A stretch of DNA of 64,000 bases from Amoebophrya sp. A120. Its lineage: Eukaryota > Protista > Dinoflagellata. The stretch covers positions 2,830,658 through 2,894,657 of the forward strand of contig CAJINV010000006.1 in the NCBI GenBank assembly GCA_905178155.1, read 5' to 3'. Each line of letters begins with the position of its first letter. Position 1 is the first letter of the stretch. Positions 41,394 through 52,600 of the stretch are shown here, piece after piece. The translations under genes were made by a program, and so were the position numbers. Under the pieces are notes generated by a model. It was not told where the DNA came from. It ran no database searches and worked only from the letters and a program-made list of their open reading frames with translations.

Positions 41394-42660
41394 GTCAGGT
41401 AGCCGGCCCCTGGCAAATTCCGCCACTGATTTCCCGCCTAAAAAAATCTAAATCCTAGCAAAGACCCGGCGCAGTTCCGTCGTGCTCTTCCTTTGGAAGT
41501 CGTGGCAGTGTGTGGAGAAAGGGCGCCCCCCTCGGGGCATGTGGTCGGCCGCAGTCTTGTTCGTTCTGTTTCTCCGAAGGCCTCCGCTTTTTTTTTGTAT
41601 CCGCCCCCGCAATGTTGGGGCCCTTGGGCTCGATGGGCGGGCTTCTCGCCTGTGTCGCGCAGCGGCCCGGCCTTATGATTTTGCCCAGCTTTTGGCGTTT
41701 CTTCTCCTTGGAAATTGCCGGGCCGGGTGTTGCCCTTGTTCCTTTGTGTTTTGGCCGGGCCCGGGGGGTTTGTTGTTTGCAAGCAGGGCCCGGGGGTTCT
41801 GGTTTTCCTCGGGGGGCCGGGCTGGGGTTTGGTTTGTGCCCTAGCGAGGGCTTCGTTGTTTTTGTTATTGGTGGGGATGCCGGCTGGGGGGCCATTCCGG
41901 ATATTCCATGGGGCAGCGGCGCGGGTCGTAGTTAATTTCAACGGGGGCGCCCCGGCTCCCGGAGGGTAATGAGCGGGGTAGTTTTGCGGGTAATTCTTGG
42001 GGTTAATTTGAAAGCAACGAAATCGGGAAGGTTTCGTTGGTTTTCAAATTAGACCAAGAATTAGACTAAATATTAGACCTCAAATTAAATCAAAAATTAC
42101 ACCCAAGATCGCCCAAAAATCCCAAAGAATTGAAGGCCGCCCGGAAGGCCATCCGACGCGACTCCGGAGTTGCCCGGCGGATGCCGCGGGCTGTTTCCTG
42201 GCAGGCGTGCGCCCGGTATCGATCAGGGCCAGGCGGCTGCCCGGGCCGCCGTGGATTTTGCCCGGCCCGCGCCTTTTCTTTGTTTTCTTTGGGTTCTGGG
42301 GGCGTTTCTTTTGGCGCTTGCAGGCGCCCGCGCCTTTCCTTGGCTGCTTTCTGGGCCGCCTCCTCATTTCGCGGGCGCCGCGGCACACCACGCAGCCCCG
42401 GCGGCGCTCGTTTTAGTTTTCCCGGCCGCGTAATGTTGCCCGGTGGCGCCAAGTTTTGCGCCCTTTTCCATGCTACAGGGCCGCGGGGGGGCCCGGGGGG
42501 GTGGTGTCCGCCGGTGTGGTGTTGCCACCGGGGAAGGGTGCCGCCTCCCCCTTTGTTTGATCGGGCGCCGCCTTGTGTCTGTGTTGCCTTATGTCCGGCA
42601 AATTAGAAAAATTTAAGCCGCGAATTAACGCAGTAGCTTGCCAGGGGCCGGCAGCCTGAC
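41394..42660. mobile_element. Non-autonomous GC-rich DNA transposon with ~23-bp TIRs and 4-bp TSD ACAT
   Basis: gtcaggtagccggcccctggcaa ... ttgccaggggccggcagcctgac (2 mismatches); acat at 41390-41393 and 42661-42664. Confidence 0.8.
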
Positions 42661-43527
42661 ACATGGTGTAGTTGCCGTTCGAAGTTCTCACAAGTCACTA
42701 TAAATCACACACTGCCGATGGCTCTCGCTTCTTTGAATTTGTTGTAGAACGTTGAATCGAAGTTGTCATGCGAAGTTGGTTACTTCATGCCTGAAAGCGC
42801 GATCTATCCACGTGGTGAGCAGGGTAGGTCCGCCTACCATAGCTACATTGCGGTAGCATCGCCATAGATGGACGCGTCTGATGATCATGCATGAGTATGA
42901 GTATAATTGCGCACTTATAACACTGAGAGTGCAGCTCTCTGTGGGGTGCCTATATATAAGTTGCACGCATGTCACTGATTAGTGCCGCGAAGGTAGGGCT
43001 TTCGTACCTCTTGACGGAGGGGAAAGCACAACTTCAAAAACCGAGACGAGCGCTCTGCGCGATGACTGTGCAGGACCATCAGAAAGTAATTTTTGTTGCG
43101 GCGATTTTTCTTAAAGCTCGAGTCCACTGAGCAGCGTTGCTAAAAGTCAAACGCGAAAATAAATAATACGCAGGAGTTCGACAAGAAGCTGGGGCAGAAG
43201 TTGGCGGAGATTCGTGAGCGCTCTCCGCGCCGGAGAACCTGGGCTGAGAGCATCAAAAAGTCCGTTTTCGGTTGAGGTTGAAGGCTAGTAGATTTCTGTC
43301 TTAGCACAATGGTCCAGGACCGTTGGGTGCAAACAAGTGCTGAGTGATGGGCTGTGTTTTGTGATGTGGCCAATTGGAACACACACATGAGCAGTGGAAG
43401 CCCATGCTTCTTTCGTAAAAGTACTGGAACACAGGTCCCCGCCCCATAATAACTAGCTGCTGGCGAGTTTTGAAGTGTGAAAAAGATTAAGAGTTGAAGA
43501 AGTAGGCCCTCCTGTCAGCTTTTAAAA

Positions 43528-45945
43528 GTGTTGGCAGGAATTTGTGTAAAGATGTCGGAAGCCTGTTCTAGTTTGCCACAGGCTGAAGATTTTCCTAAGT
43601 TTATCCATGACGACAAACATCGAAGTTTCGGCTTGAGAGATGTAGTGCCGTCCTACATGGATAGTTTAATTGCTTTCTTGAAAACCAGCTCGTGCGAGTC
43701 GTTGGAGTACAAGAGTAAGAGAGTTGCAGCGCTTCTCATGCGTATCGTAGAAGAAACAGAGGGTGAGGAGATTGAGATACATGAGAAGCTGGCAGATCAT
43801 CTGAAGAAAGTATACGAGGGCAAGCGTTTTGCTTATCTCCGCCGTTTACTTTCCCTCGCGGTTGACGAAGCGGGGGGTGCTTATAAGGCACGCAAGGCCC
43901 AGATCATGGGCATCATACAGAAGTTGACTCTGGGTTTTAGGCAAGACGCCGTGCTACCGGCGTCGGGCTTCTGGATGCCTCTACCCAGTGACAAAATAAA
44001 GGAGTCGGCTAAGGTGATGCAGCTGCAGAAGGAGTTAAATCAGGGCACGAGCGAGACCTGCTGCCCGACGAGGAACCACTGGGCCACTGACGCGGAGATC
44101 GTAGAACTCCACAAACAAATGTTGAAACAGGTTGGCCTTGGAAGGTGGAGAGTGGTGCCGAACGACACAAAACTACCGATGGGGGCCTCGTTGGCGTTCC
44201 CGGTCAAGCAGCCCACCGAAGATGATCCGAACCGCGCCAGGTGTTGTATAGATTTTAGATCCCAAAATCGCAGCATAGTACCGGTGGAGCGCATGCGTCT
44301 AAATGGGGCCAGGTGCACGATGGCCATCATCCAGCGTTGCATGTCGAGCCGCCGCAATGATCCAGTTCGTTTCCAGTCGAAGAAAGATTTATTGGCAGAC
44401 ATGGACGAGGAGCGACGGCTGCGGGCTATCATCGAGAACAACAACCTGCACCAGAATAAGTCGCAGCGGATCTTTGCGCAGCCCGATGACAACTCCGACA
44501 GGCTCTATTTTCAAAGCAGCGACAACAAAGAGGACGAGGAAGGCTCTGAGCCTGAGGACGGGTTTTGCTTCCGCCCGTATGGTGCGAAGCGGGACCTGCG
44601 GTCCTTTTATTACCAGTGTGGCACCCGTGAAGAAATTAAAAATGCTGTTTTCTTCCCGGTGCCGCAGACGGAGCCTGAGAAACCGGAGACGCCAAGAAAA
44701 CGGGGCCGAAACGGGAAGCCGGTCCGACCCCGACATGCCTGGGCTTTGATACTCAGCGCGGTGCAACTGTTTGGGAGTCTATCGAGCGTTTATGAATGCG
44801 TCTCGGTAAGCGAGACGCTTCAAATAATCTGTTGCTGTTTGCTTAGAGTTTTAGTTAGTATCTACATTGATGATCTTCACATTTTAAGTAGGAAGAGGCA
44901 GCTAGCCTCTGATGAAGTTTTAGTCGATCTGATGCTGGCCCTCGGTGGGTGGTGGCAAAGCTCCGAAAAAGGGGCCACGCAGCTTGACGCCACTCAGAGG
45001 GCGCTGACGGTGTTGGGCATGGCGTACACCCTGGCGCCGGGTTTGACGATCAGGATCGAGGTCAACCCGGCTAAGGTCGCGGAATGCATTGCCAAGGCCA
45101 ATGCGATCCTCCGGGACATTCAGAAGAGCCGGATTGACAGAAAACGGCTCGAGTCCTTCAAAGGATTATATCGACACTGCGCGCAGCTAGACCGGCCGGC
45201 GTGCGCGTTGGCCCGTCCCCTCGACGCCTGGACGGTGGAGAAACTTTTTATGGAGAGAATATACCAAGACAAATGCAAGAAGCAGCTCAGGGCGCAGGTG
45301 GAACTCATGAAAAGCATGGTGAGTTCGGTGAAGCCAGTGGAGCTGACGCTGGGCAATGTGGACCGGAAGATTTGCCATCTGTACACGGACGCAGCCTTGC
45401 ACGACATGAAAGGCCTCAACAAGAAAATCGAGAAAGGCATACGGAAGGGCGCTGCTATCGAGGAGCACCAAATTTTTCTTGGGGCCTTCTTGTATGTCGA
45501 TGAAGATACTCAGTACTCCTTTTCGGTGAAGATTGACCGGATACCGAAGTGGTGTGACAGAATTCACATTGGTGTTCTCGAGGCACTTGCGGCGGCGATG
45601 GCTTTTCGCAAGTATGCGGGAACGCTGAAAAATCACTACACGATAGTGCACCAGGATAATTCCGGGGTCGCCTTCTCGCTGATCCGGAACGACAGTAGGT
45701 GCGCTGCGACGGGGAGAATTGTGAAGAATTTCCACAAGTTCGCGCAGCGTCTCGGCCTTCTTTTTTATGTTGCCTGGGTATGCAGCATGAGAAACATTGC
45801 TGATATACTCACAAGAATGGAACGGATGGAGTTGCTGCAGAAGCTCTACCCACGATGCAACCACGAAGACGTTCCGACGGCGGATGCTCTATCGCCCCTA
45901 CTCTGGGGCCTTGAGACCGAGGAAAACTTGGCCCAACGCCGTTGA
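43528..45945 (+). CDS. DIRS-type reverse transcriptase + RNase H
   Basis: AFPVKQ..RCCIDFRSQN, DLRSFYYQ, LFGS, YIDD, VLG; RNase H YTDAA, HIGVLEALAA, QDN, RNIADILTR. Confidence 0.9.
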   Translation: MLAGICVKMSEACSSLPQAEDFPKFIHDDKHRSFGLRDVVPSYMDSLIAFLKTSSCESLEYKSKRVAALLMRIVEETEGEEIEIHEKLADHLKKVYEGKRFAYLRRLLSLAVDEAGGAYKARKAQIMGIIQKLTLGFRQDAVLPASGFWMPLPSDKIKESAKVMQLQKELNQGTSETCCPTRNHWATDAEIVELHKQMLKQVGLGRWRVVPNDTKLPMGASLAFPVKQPTEDDPNRARCCIDFRSQNRSIVPVERMRLNGARCTMAIIQRCMSSRRNDPVRFQSKKDLLADMDEERRLRAIIENNNLHQNKSQRIFAQPDDNSDRLYFQSSDNKEDEEGSEPEDGFCFRPYGAKRDLRSFYYQCGTREEIKNAVFFPVPQTEPEKPETPRKRGRNGKPVRPRHAWALILSAVQLFGSLSSVYECVSVSETLQIICCCLLRVLVSIYIDDLHILSRKRQLASDEVLVDLMLALGGWWQSSEKGATQLDATQRALTVLGMAYTLAPGLTIRIEVNPAKVAECIAKANAILRDIQKSRIDRKRLESFKGLYRHCAQLDRPACALARPLDAWTVEKLFMERIYQDKCKKQLRAQVELMKSMVSSVKPVELTLGNVDRKICHLYTDAALHDMKGLNKKIEKGIRKGAAIEEHQIFLGAFLYVDEDTQYSFSVKIDRIPKWCDRIHIGVLEALAAAMAFRKYAGTLKNHYTIVHQDNSGVAFSLIRNDSRCAATGRIVKNFHKFAQRLGLLFYVAWVCSMRNIADILTRMERMELLQKLYPRCNHEDVPTADALSPLLWGLETEENLAQRR

Positions 45946-46658
45946 GCTCTATCTTGACCCAGCAGGTGGCATCCTGTTTCTCTGGAATGTTTACCTGCGA
46001 ATTTGGCGATAACGCTTGGTCGCCGATGCTTGGGGGGAAAATGTCGCGGCACGGCCGCTGCAGCCTTCACTTTAGCCTCGGCGCGAGATCTACAGCCGGA
46101 GTTTTGAACACCGCGCGATCTAGTCAGCGTGATTTGATTCTATTTTGATGTTGCTGTGTGTGCAGACGTTTTTCAGGACGTATACGCTTCACCAAATTTC
46201 ATTTCACACTACTAGCTCCTTTGATCTCGATTTCTTATGCTGCAAGTGTGAATGCGAAAATCTTCACTTTTGTTGGTCCATTTTGATGGCTCTCTTGCGG
46301 GGCCAATGGAAATGAGCGCGTGAAGACTTACTGCATTTTGCAGCAGAAATGTTGGACACCAATTCGCGTTTCGCGCATCATGTGCCAAAGGTTACAGGGC
46401 AAGATGAGGATATGAAGGAATCAAGTACGAACAGCGGTAGCTGGAGTTTTGGGATGATCTGTGTTCAGCTACGAGATTACGATTTTTATAGTAGGCTGGC
46501 TAGGTTTGGTCTATAAAGTAAAGATGATCGTCCTAGCTTTTCTCAACCCTGGGGGGTGAATTCCCTTTGTCGTGTTTCTTTGCTTCGTTTCGTGTTTCTG
46601 CAAAAACTGGTGGAAGTATCCAAATCCACGTGAGAAACACACTGTAGCCAACACGATC

Positions 46659-48806
46659 ATGCTCGACGGTTCACAGGATATAATCCGCCCACACGGCCGA
46701 CGCAGCATTGTTCTTCCGGAAAAAGAACCTCTTGACGGTGAATATGTTGCATCGGGGGGGAATAAGAAGCTGGAGATCATGCGACCTGCTCCTCCGCCGA
46801 CCACGTGGGGCAGCTCTGAAGATATTGTTCCCTCCGTCGCCCGCATCGAGCATTCCCTGCAGTACGAACAGCGCCGACAGCAAAATTTCGCGACACGGGA
46901 GGATGTTTTGGAGCTGGAAAAGCAAATTAGCGATAGTTGCAACGCAGAAATCGGAAACGTCAACTCCCTGTCCGAGGAGCGGAAGGGGAAACTCGGGGAA
47001 CAGAATCTGTACTACTTGAACCTCGTGCAAATTTTGGACAAGGGAGTAAAAGACTTGAGCAGGCAGGTACACAGTGACAAGGGTTGTACTAGGTTCGTTC
47101 ATCAAGATCGGAGGGTGGAATCTGGTTGTACACCAAAGGATAGAGGACCAGTGGTCCCAGCTGCACTTGACTACAGGATCGGCGTCTTTCCATTCTTGAA
47201 TGGTCACGATCCCGATCATTTCCGTGGAGTTCCAGCCTCACCAGGGGTTCGAGGAGGTGCGAATAAACTTCCCGCCAAGTGGACCACGTCCACCCGTACA
47301 GCTACAACCAGTTCGGCGAAAAGCAACTTCCAAAAGCCGGAAGAAAAGTTAAAAAAATTCACCTGCAACCTGGAGCACCTCTGGCACATCTACTTCGATT
47401 TATTCGAGCGAGTGCGGGAGTGCTTGACCTTACAGAGGGAAACGAAGGAGATACAAAAGCTGAAGGAGTTGACTTATCAATTGGAAGTGAAAAAACGAGA
47501 ATTAGAACAACTCCGGAAGAAACAACCGAAGGAGATTGTGAAGTTGGTGAGCAAAATGGAGCAGGACTATGACGCGGAGATGAAGTCTTTAGATTCGGTT
47601 TTGTTGGAGGAAACGCAGAAGTTGGAAAACGTTAAACAGGATTTGAAAAAACTACGGAAGAACTTCGCGCAGTGGTTTCCGGAATTGGAAAAATGTAGGA
47701 TAAACAGCTCAACACGGTTCTCCACAAGACATTCAAATTCGGAACAAGGCCGAATAAACTCTGGCAATTTTATAGCCTCGCGGGTCAGTGGTGTTGTCGG
47801 AAGTAGTACTGTGCAGTCGCTCGGAGTTCTTGGAGACATCACAGCAGGGGAAGAAGATGGGTCTGGCCGCCGGCAGCAAGTGCTTTCTCATGCGAAATTG
47901 GCGACGAATGTGTTCAAGTTTTCGTACAAAGGTGGTACGGAGGGTAAAACTAAGGTCGCCGGTAGTTCTACAACGACTGCGGACAGACAAGATGATTCTC
48001 TAGTTCCCCCGTCTCGCCGAACGCTGTTGCAAGTCGACTCAGAATATTGAAAGGAAAAATCCTTCCTCCCCATATTGAAAAGGTATGACTTCGAAAATTT
48101 GTGTTGCTGATTTGAGGTCACAAATCATATTTGTCTTGCAAGAAGACAAGGGCAGGAGCTTTCGCCCCATTATGGAAGCGATTTGTCATGCTCTTGGGCC
48201 TAAAGGGGAGCCGTTTGCCATGCTGAGCAACTAGACACGTGCGCCCCTATCCAGCCTGGAGATCTGCCCGCAATGCCTCTCTGCAATACAAAGCTGATTT
48301 GTGTACGCAAATCAGCGTCAGAAGTTTCCATTTTGATATGGGGAGGGGGGATTTTTCATAGTGATACAGAATCAGCTAGCGACTCGGATAGTGCCAAAGG
48401 TAGCAAACGACCCTCACGCGGCAACACAGGCGCGGCCGGGTCATCTGCACCCTCTAGAAGTACCCATCTGCAGCAAGCAAGCCCGCGGGATTCATCTTCT
48501 TCCGGGTTACTTCCTACTTTCCTCCAGCAATACGCGTTCGAACCGAAGATGAGAAATGTGGAAAAGGAATTACTCTCCGATCTGGCATATCCTGTGCACA
48601 AGTATCGTACTCGTACTAATTGCTTTTACGCATTACAAATCTTGTTCTTATTAAGGTAAAACAGCATGACAAATTCCAGCTCTCATGCTGAGGAAATTTG
48701 TAATGCATTTATACGAGTACGATAGGATACTTTTGCAGTTCATATGGCAAGGTTGGCGGAGAAGTGTCCGAACGTCGGGGTGGAGGAATTTCTCGAGCTG
48801 TTGTGA
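46659..48806 (+). CDS. Host gene 3: coiled-coil protein of unknown function, two introner introns (48045-48366, 48588-48744)
   Basis: ATG 46659; joins VDSE|SASDS and SDLA|RLAEKCPNVGVEEFLELL*; TSDs cagaa and tggca. Confidence 0.75.
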
Positions 48807-49695
48807 GATGAACAAAGCAAGAAAATTGGAAGCAGCTTTGCAGCATGATCATCAAAAGCGATGTATTATTTTAAAACCCTCAAGTTGATTTATGATTTCA
48901 ACTGCTTCGCAAAGAGGCTGACTATGAAGCGCTGAGAAAAGGAGAGACACAAAATTTTTATCCTGGATGAAAAGGTGGACATGATGAAATACTAAAACAC
49001 AGAAATTGCTCTTGCTGCAAGAGATAAAGCTGTGAGTTGTACATGTACTACACAGGCGACCCGCTCACGCTGCAACAAGCACGGCAAGATCGACATACTA
49101 GATTTCGAAACACGTAGTAGACCCCACGGTCTACTGTTTTCTGTTCGGGCAAAAGTTCCATCCTGGAGACGATGAAAAAAGGTCGTTAATTAATACAGAG
49201 TTGAATATTTTCGTTTTTATCGCTATAGAAGTGAAGACGTCGTTCTTAATAGATACAAGCCGGTTGATGTGTGGTCTTCTATTCGAGTGAAAATGCCGTT
49301 CTTGCCGTTGTTTCCTCGTATTTACAATAAGCTATCGACGTGAATAGAACTACCATACAAAATAGTTATCGACTCAAATCGACAGTTCGTAATCGTCAAT
49401 TTCTTCTCGGCTTATCAGGAGCGAAGAGCAAAAGCGCGCAACTGCGTAGGAAAATAAAAATCTACCTGAAGAATTTTTGTCGAGGGGAGGTCAAGAACAT
49501 CTTCGCGAGTGCAAATGAGCAAACCTCGTCGTCGTGGTCGCGATGTAGGTACTTGCATTCTCAGGTCGTGTAGTTTCTTTCTGACATAGCTGAATAAGAC
49601 GCAGTGAAGTAGATCCACGCCTGATCTGTTGAAATGAGTTTGAAGTAGTAGAACATCGATTGGGCTGTATAGTCAAATAAAAAATAAAAATCATT

Positions 49696-52600
49696 ATGCC
49701 GACCGACGACGATCCCGTTGCCGCGGTGGGGGTCAGTGACGTGAACCCGCAGATCTCCGGCAGTGGCAAGGCCTCTTCTAGCGGAGGTGGGAAGCATATG
49801 ACAGTGCACAACTCCCCCTCCCCCTCGTTTGTCATGCAAAATCCCAAATCCAGTCGCTGCCTTGTGGCACTGTTTGCATGACAAATTCCGGAAGCCCAAA
49901 CAATACTACATCAGGTACGGAGATTTGTCATGCATAGGCTCCATGTGCGCTGGGGCTGGTGTTTGTATTGCTGTTCATGCCATACAAATAAGGGGGAGGG
50001 GGAGTTGTGCACTCTTATAAAGGAGGTCGGCTTTCTGCTCCCCTCCAGCAGACCGGACACCCCGCAGACAGGACATATGGAACTGTCAGGATTGAAATTG
50101 ACAAAGTAGAAAAATTTGTGATGCATAAAACCGATTATACCAGTTGAAAGCCCAATTTCCAATTTGCGCATGACAAATTTCGACGTCATTGAAATCCAGT
50201 TTGTAATGCTGTTTAGCGAAAGAAGGCATGATCCTTTGTCATGCTCCTTTAGCAGCTCTATGCCAATAAACCCGAAACAGGCTTACAATCGGCCTCACTC
50301 GTAATCCCTGCAAGACAGTCACTTCGTGCCTTGCACTTTATGCATCACAGATTATTTCAACTTTGTCGATCTCGATCCTGACACACCCATAGGACACCCC
50401 GGAGCAGGTGGCCAGCAGCAGCCCCCACCACCCCAGCACAAGTATCACAAGGAAAAATCCCCCCTCCCCATATCAAACGGAAGTTTCTGATGCTGGATTT
50501 GCGTACACAAATCAGGTTTGTCTTGCAGTAGAGTACTGCAGGCATATGCCAAGCCTCAGTCGAGAGGTTTTGACGTAGGCGCCTAGCATGGCAAACGTGT
50601 ATTCTCTAAGCCCAACAGCATCACAAACCGCCTGCAAAATGCGGGGCGCTCTCTGGACTTGCCTTCTTGCAAGACAGACAGGATTTGAGGTCACAAATGC
50701 GCATCACAAATTTTCAGACGGATGCGTTTTCAATATGGGGAGGGGGGATTTTTCCTTACGATAACAAGCACAAGCTCCCGCCCGGAGCAGAGCCCTTGCC
50801 GAATTTAGAAGAAGCCGCGGAAGAACACTTTCCGCCACCACCGGCCGCAGTACCGCCGAGTTCAATATCAAATGCAAATATGTCTGGGTCTGGAAGATTG
50901 CAACTTGTCATGCTAAAAATGAAGCATGCAAAAATCTGTGTTGCATGATTACCAAAAGTCGTCCAGTTTTGACCAAGTAGGGAGGGAGTTTCTCATGCAG
51001 GATAGGCATGAGAGAGATCGCGCAGAATCTGTCATGCTAGGGCCTGCATTCCAGTCCTCACGGGTCATGGAAAAGCAGCATGACTTGACAAATCGCGCAT
51101 TCTTCCAGACCCAGACATTTTTGCATTTGATATTCAATAGAAGACCACGCGGCAAACGCAGCGAATGCGGGGTATGGCGTTCTCAACTGTTACACTCTCA
51201 ACTGTTACATGAATTCGTAATGCAAGACTAGCACAGGTGAGAGGGAGAACCTTGCGCATCTTACATTACAGGTTTCGTGCGGACGATTATAGTGCTGTTT
51301 AGCCCTCCGAGAATTTGTCATGCGCAGCAGCTCGATCGTTTGGCGGGTCATGGTCATTTTGCATAACAAATCATGTAACAGTTGAGAGTGTAACGTTTGA
51401 GAACACCATACGGGGGACGCCGGAGCTGCGGCTGCGGATGCGGCTGCGGCGCAGGCATCTGGTGCAGCGGAGCAAACGGGGAAGAAGAAGAAGGGTCTGT
51501 TTGGAGGTAATATAATCAATCAACTAGTTTTTGCTTTCAAATTTTTTGGGTGGAAATCACTATCACATGTATAGTATTATCATGATCATTATCTTGATGG
51601 GTCTACATCCACTTGACTTCTGGTGGACCAAATCGAATGCGGATGACAAAAAGTCGTCGTTTAACATCTGATGCACGACTGCAATCCACCTACATTGGCA
51701 GGTATCTTTGGCGGTTCCGGCAAAGACGACGTGACAAAGTTCGACCCGCCCGACCAGTCTCCGCAAAAGGTATCCGAGTGCGCAGTTTCATCCCGTCGCC
51801 CTCGCCTTTGTCTTCTTGCAAGAGAGCAATAGTTCTTGTACCAGGCCCTGCCTCTTGGCCGCAATAATTGCATGACAACTAGTACCGGAGATAATAATCC
51901 ACGACACAACCCGACAGCCCGTGCGTTGGATTTGTGATGCAGAAGCCACTAACTGCTTCCTTCCCATGGAGGTTATATGTAGTGAGGTCACCGAACGGTT
52001 CTAACCGGGGAGTTTTTTTGCCATATACCCTGAAAAACGACCGGCAGTTTTTAAGCGGCCGGAGGGCTTTTTGCACAAAAAAAAATTTCAAGTACCAAGC
52101 GGCCGGAGCTGTGCCAACAAACAAGCCCGGTCGAAAACTATCGATTCGCACTGGATAAAACGACGCAGGGGAGCCGGCAAAAGGGGCGCCCTTCTGAGTG
52201 AGCGCCGCCTTGGTTTCTGGCGATTTGGGGCGCCCAAAAAGGGGCGCGCAAAAAACGCGCCAAAAATCAGAACAGCGAGACAGCATGGCACGGCCGCGAT
52301 TTCGGAGGATTTTGGGCGGCCGCGAAAGCGGCCGCCTTTTCTCCGGTTTCAGATCCTGGGAAGCTTTGCAAAAAGCGCCGGCGTGAAAAATAAAAACGCC
52401 AAAAAGAAAAAGCGCCCCAGACGCGCAAAGCCAATCCGCATGCTATGGGCCCGATTTTTCTTCGCTTTTTGGGCGCCCCCCGTGGCACCCGGATCGGCCC
52501 CATAGCATGGGGGCTGGCTTTCGGAAAGGAATTTCGGGAATTTGCCAAAATTTGCGACGTTTCCCAAGTGGCCGCCATACCGTGCGGCATAACGTTACTC

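Larger units (their letters stand above)
37060..46090 (+). mobile_element. DIRS-like (tyrosine-recombinase) retroelement region; boundaries approximate
   Basis: Co-oriented intronless YR, gag-like and DIRS-type RT/RNase H ORFs. Termini not resolved. Confidence 0.65.
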
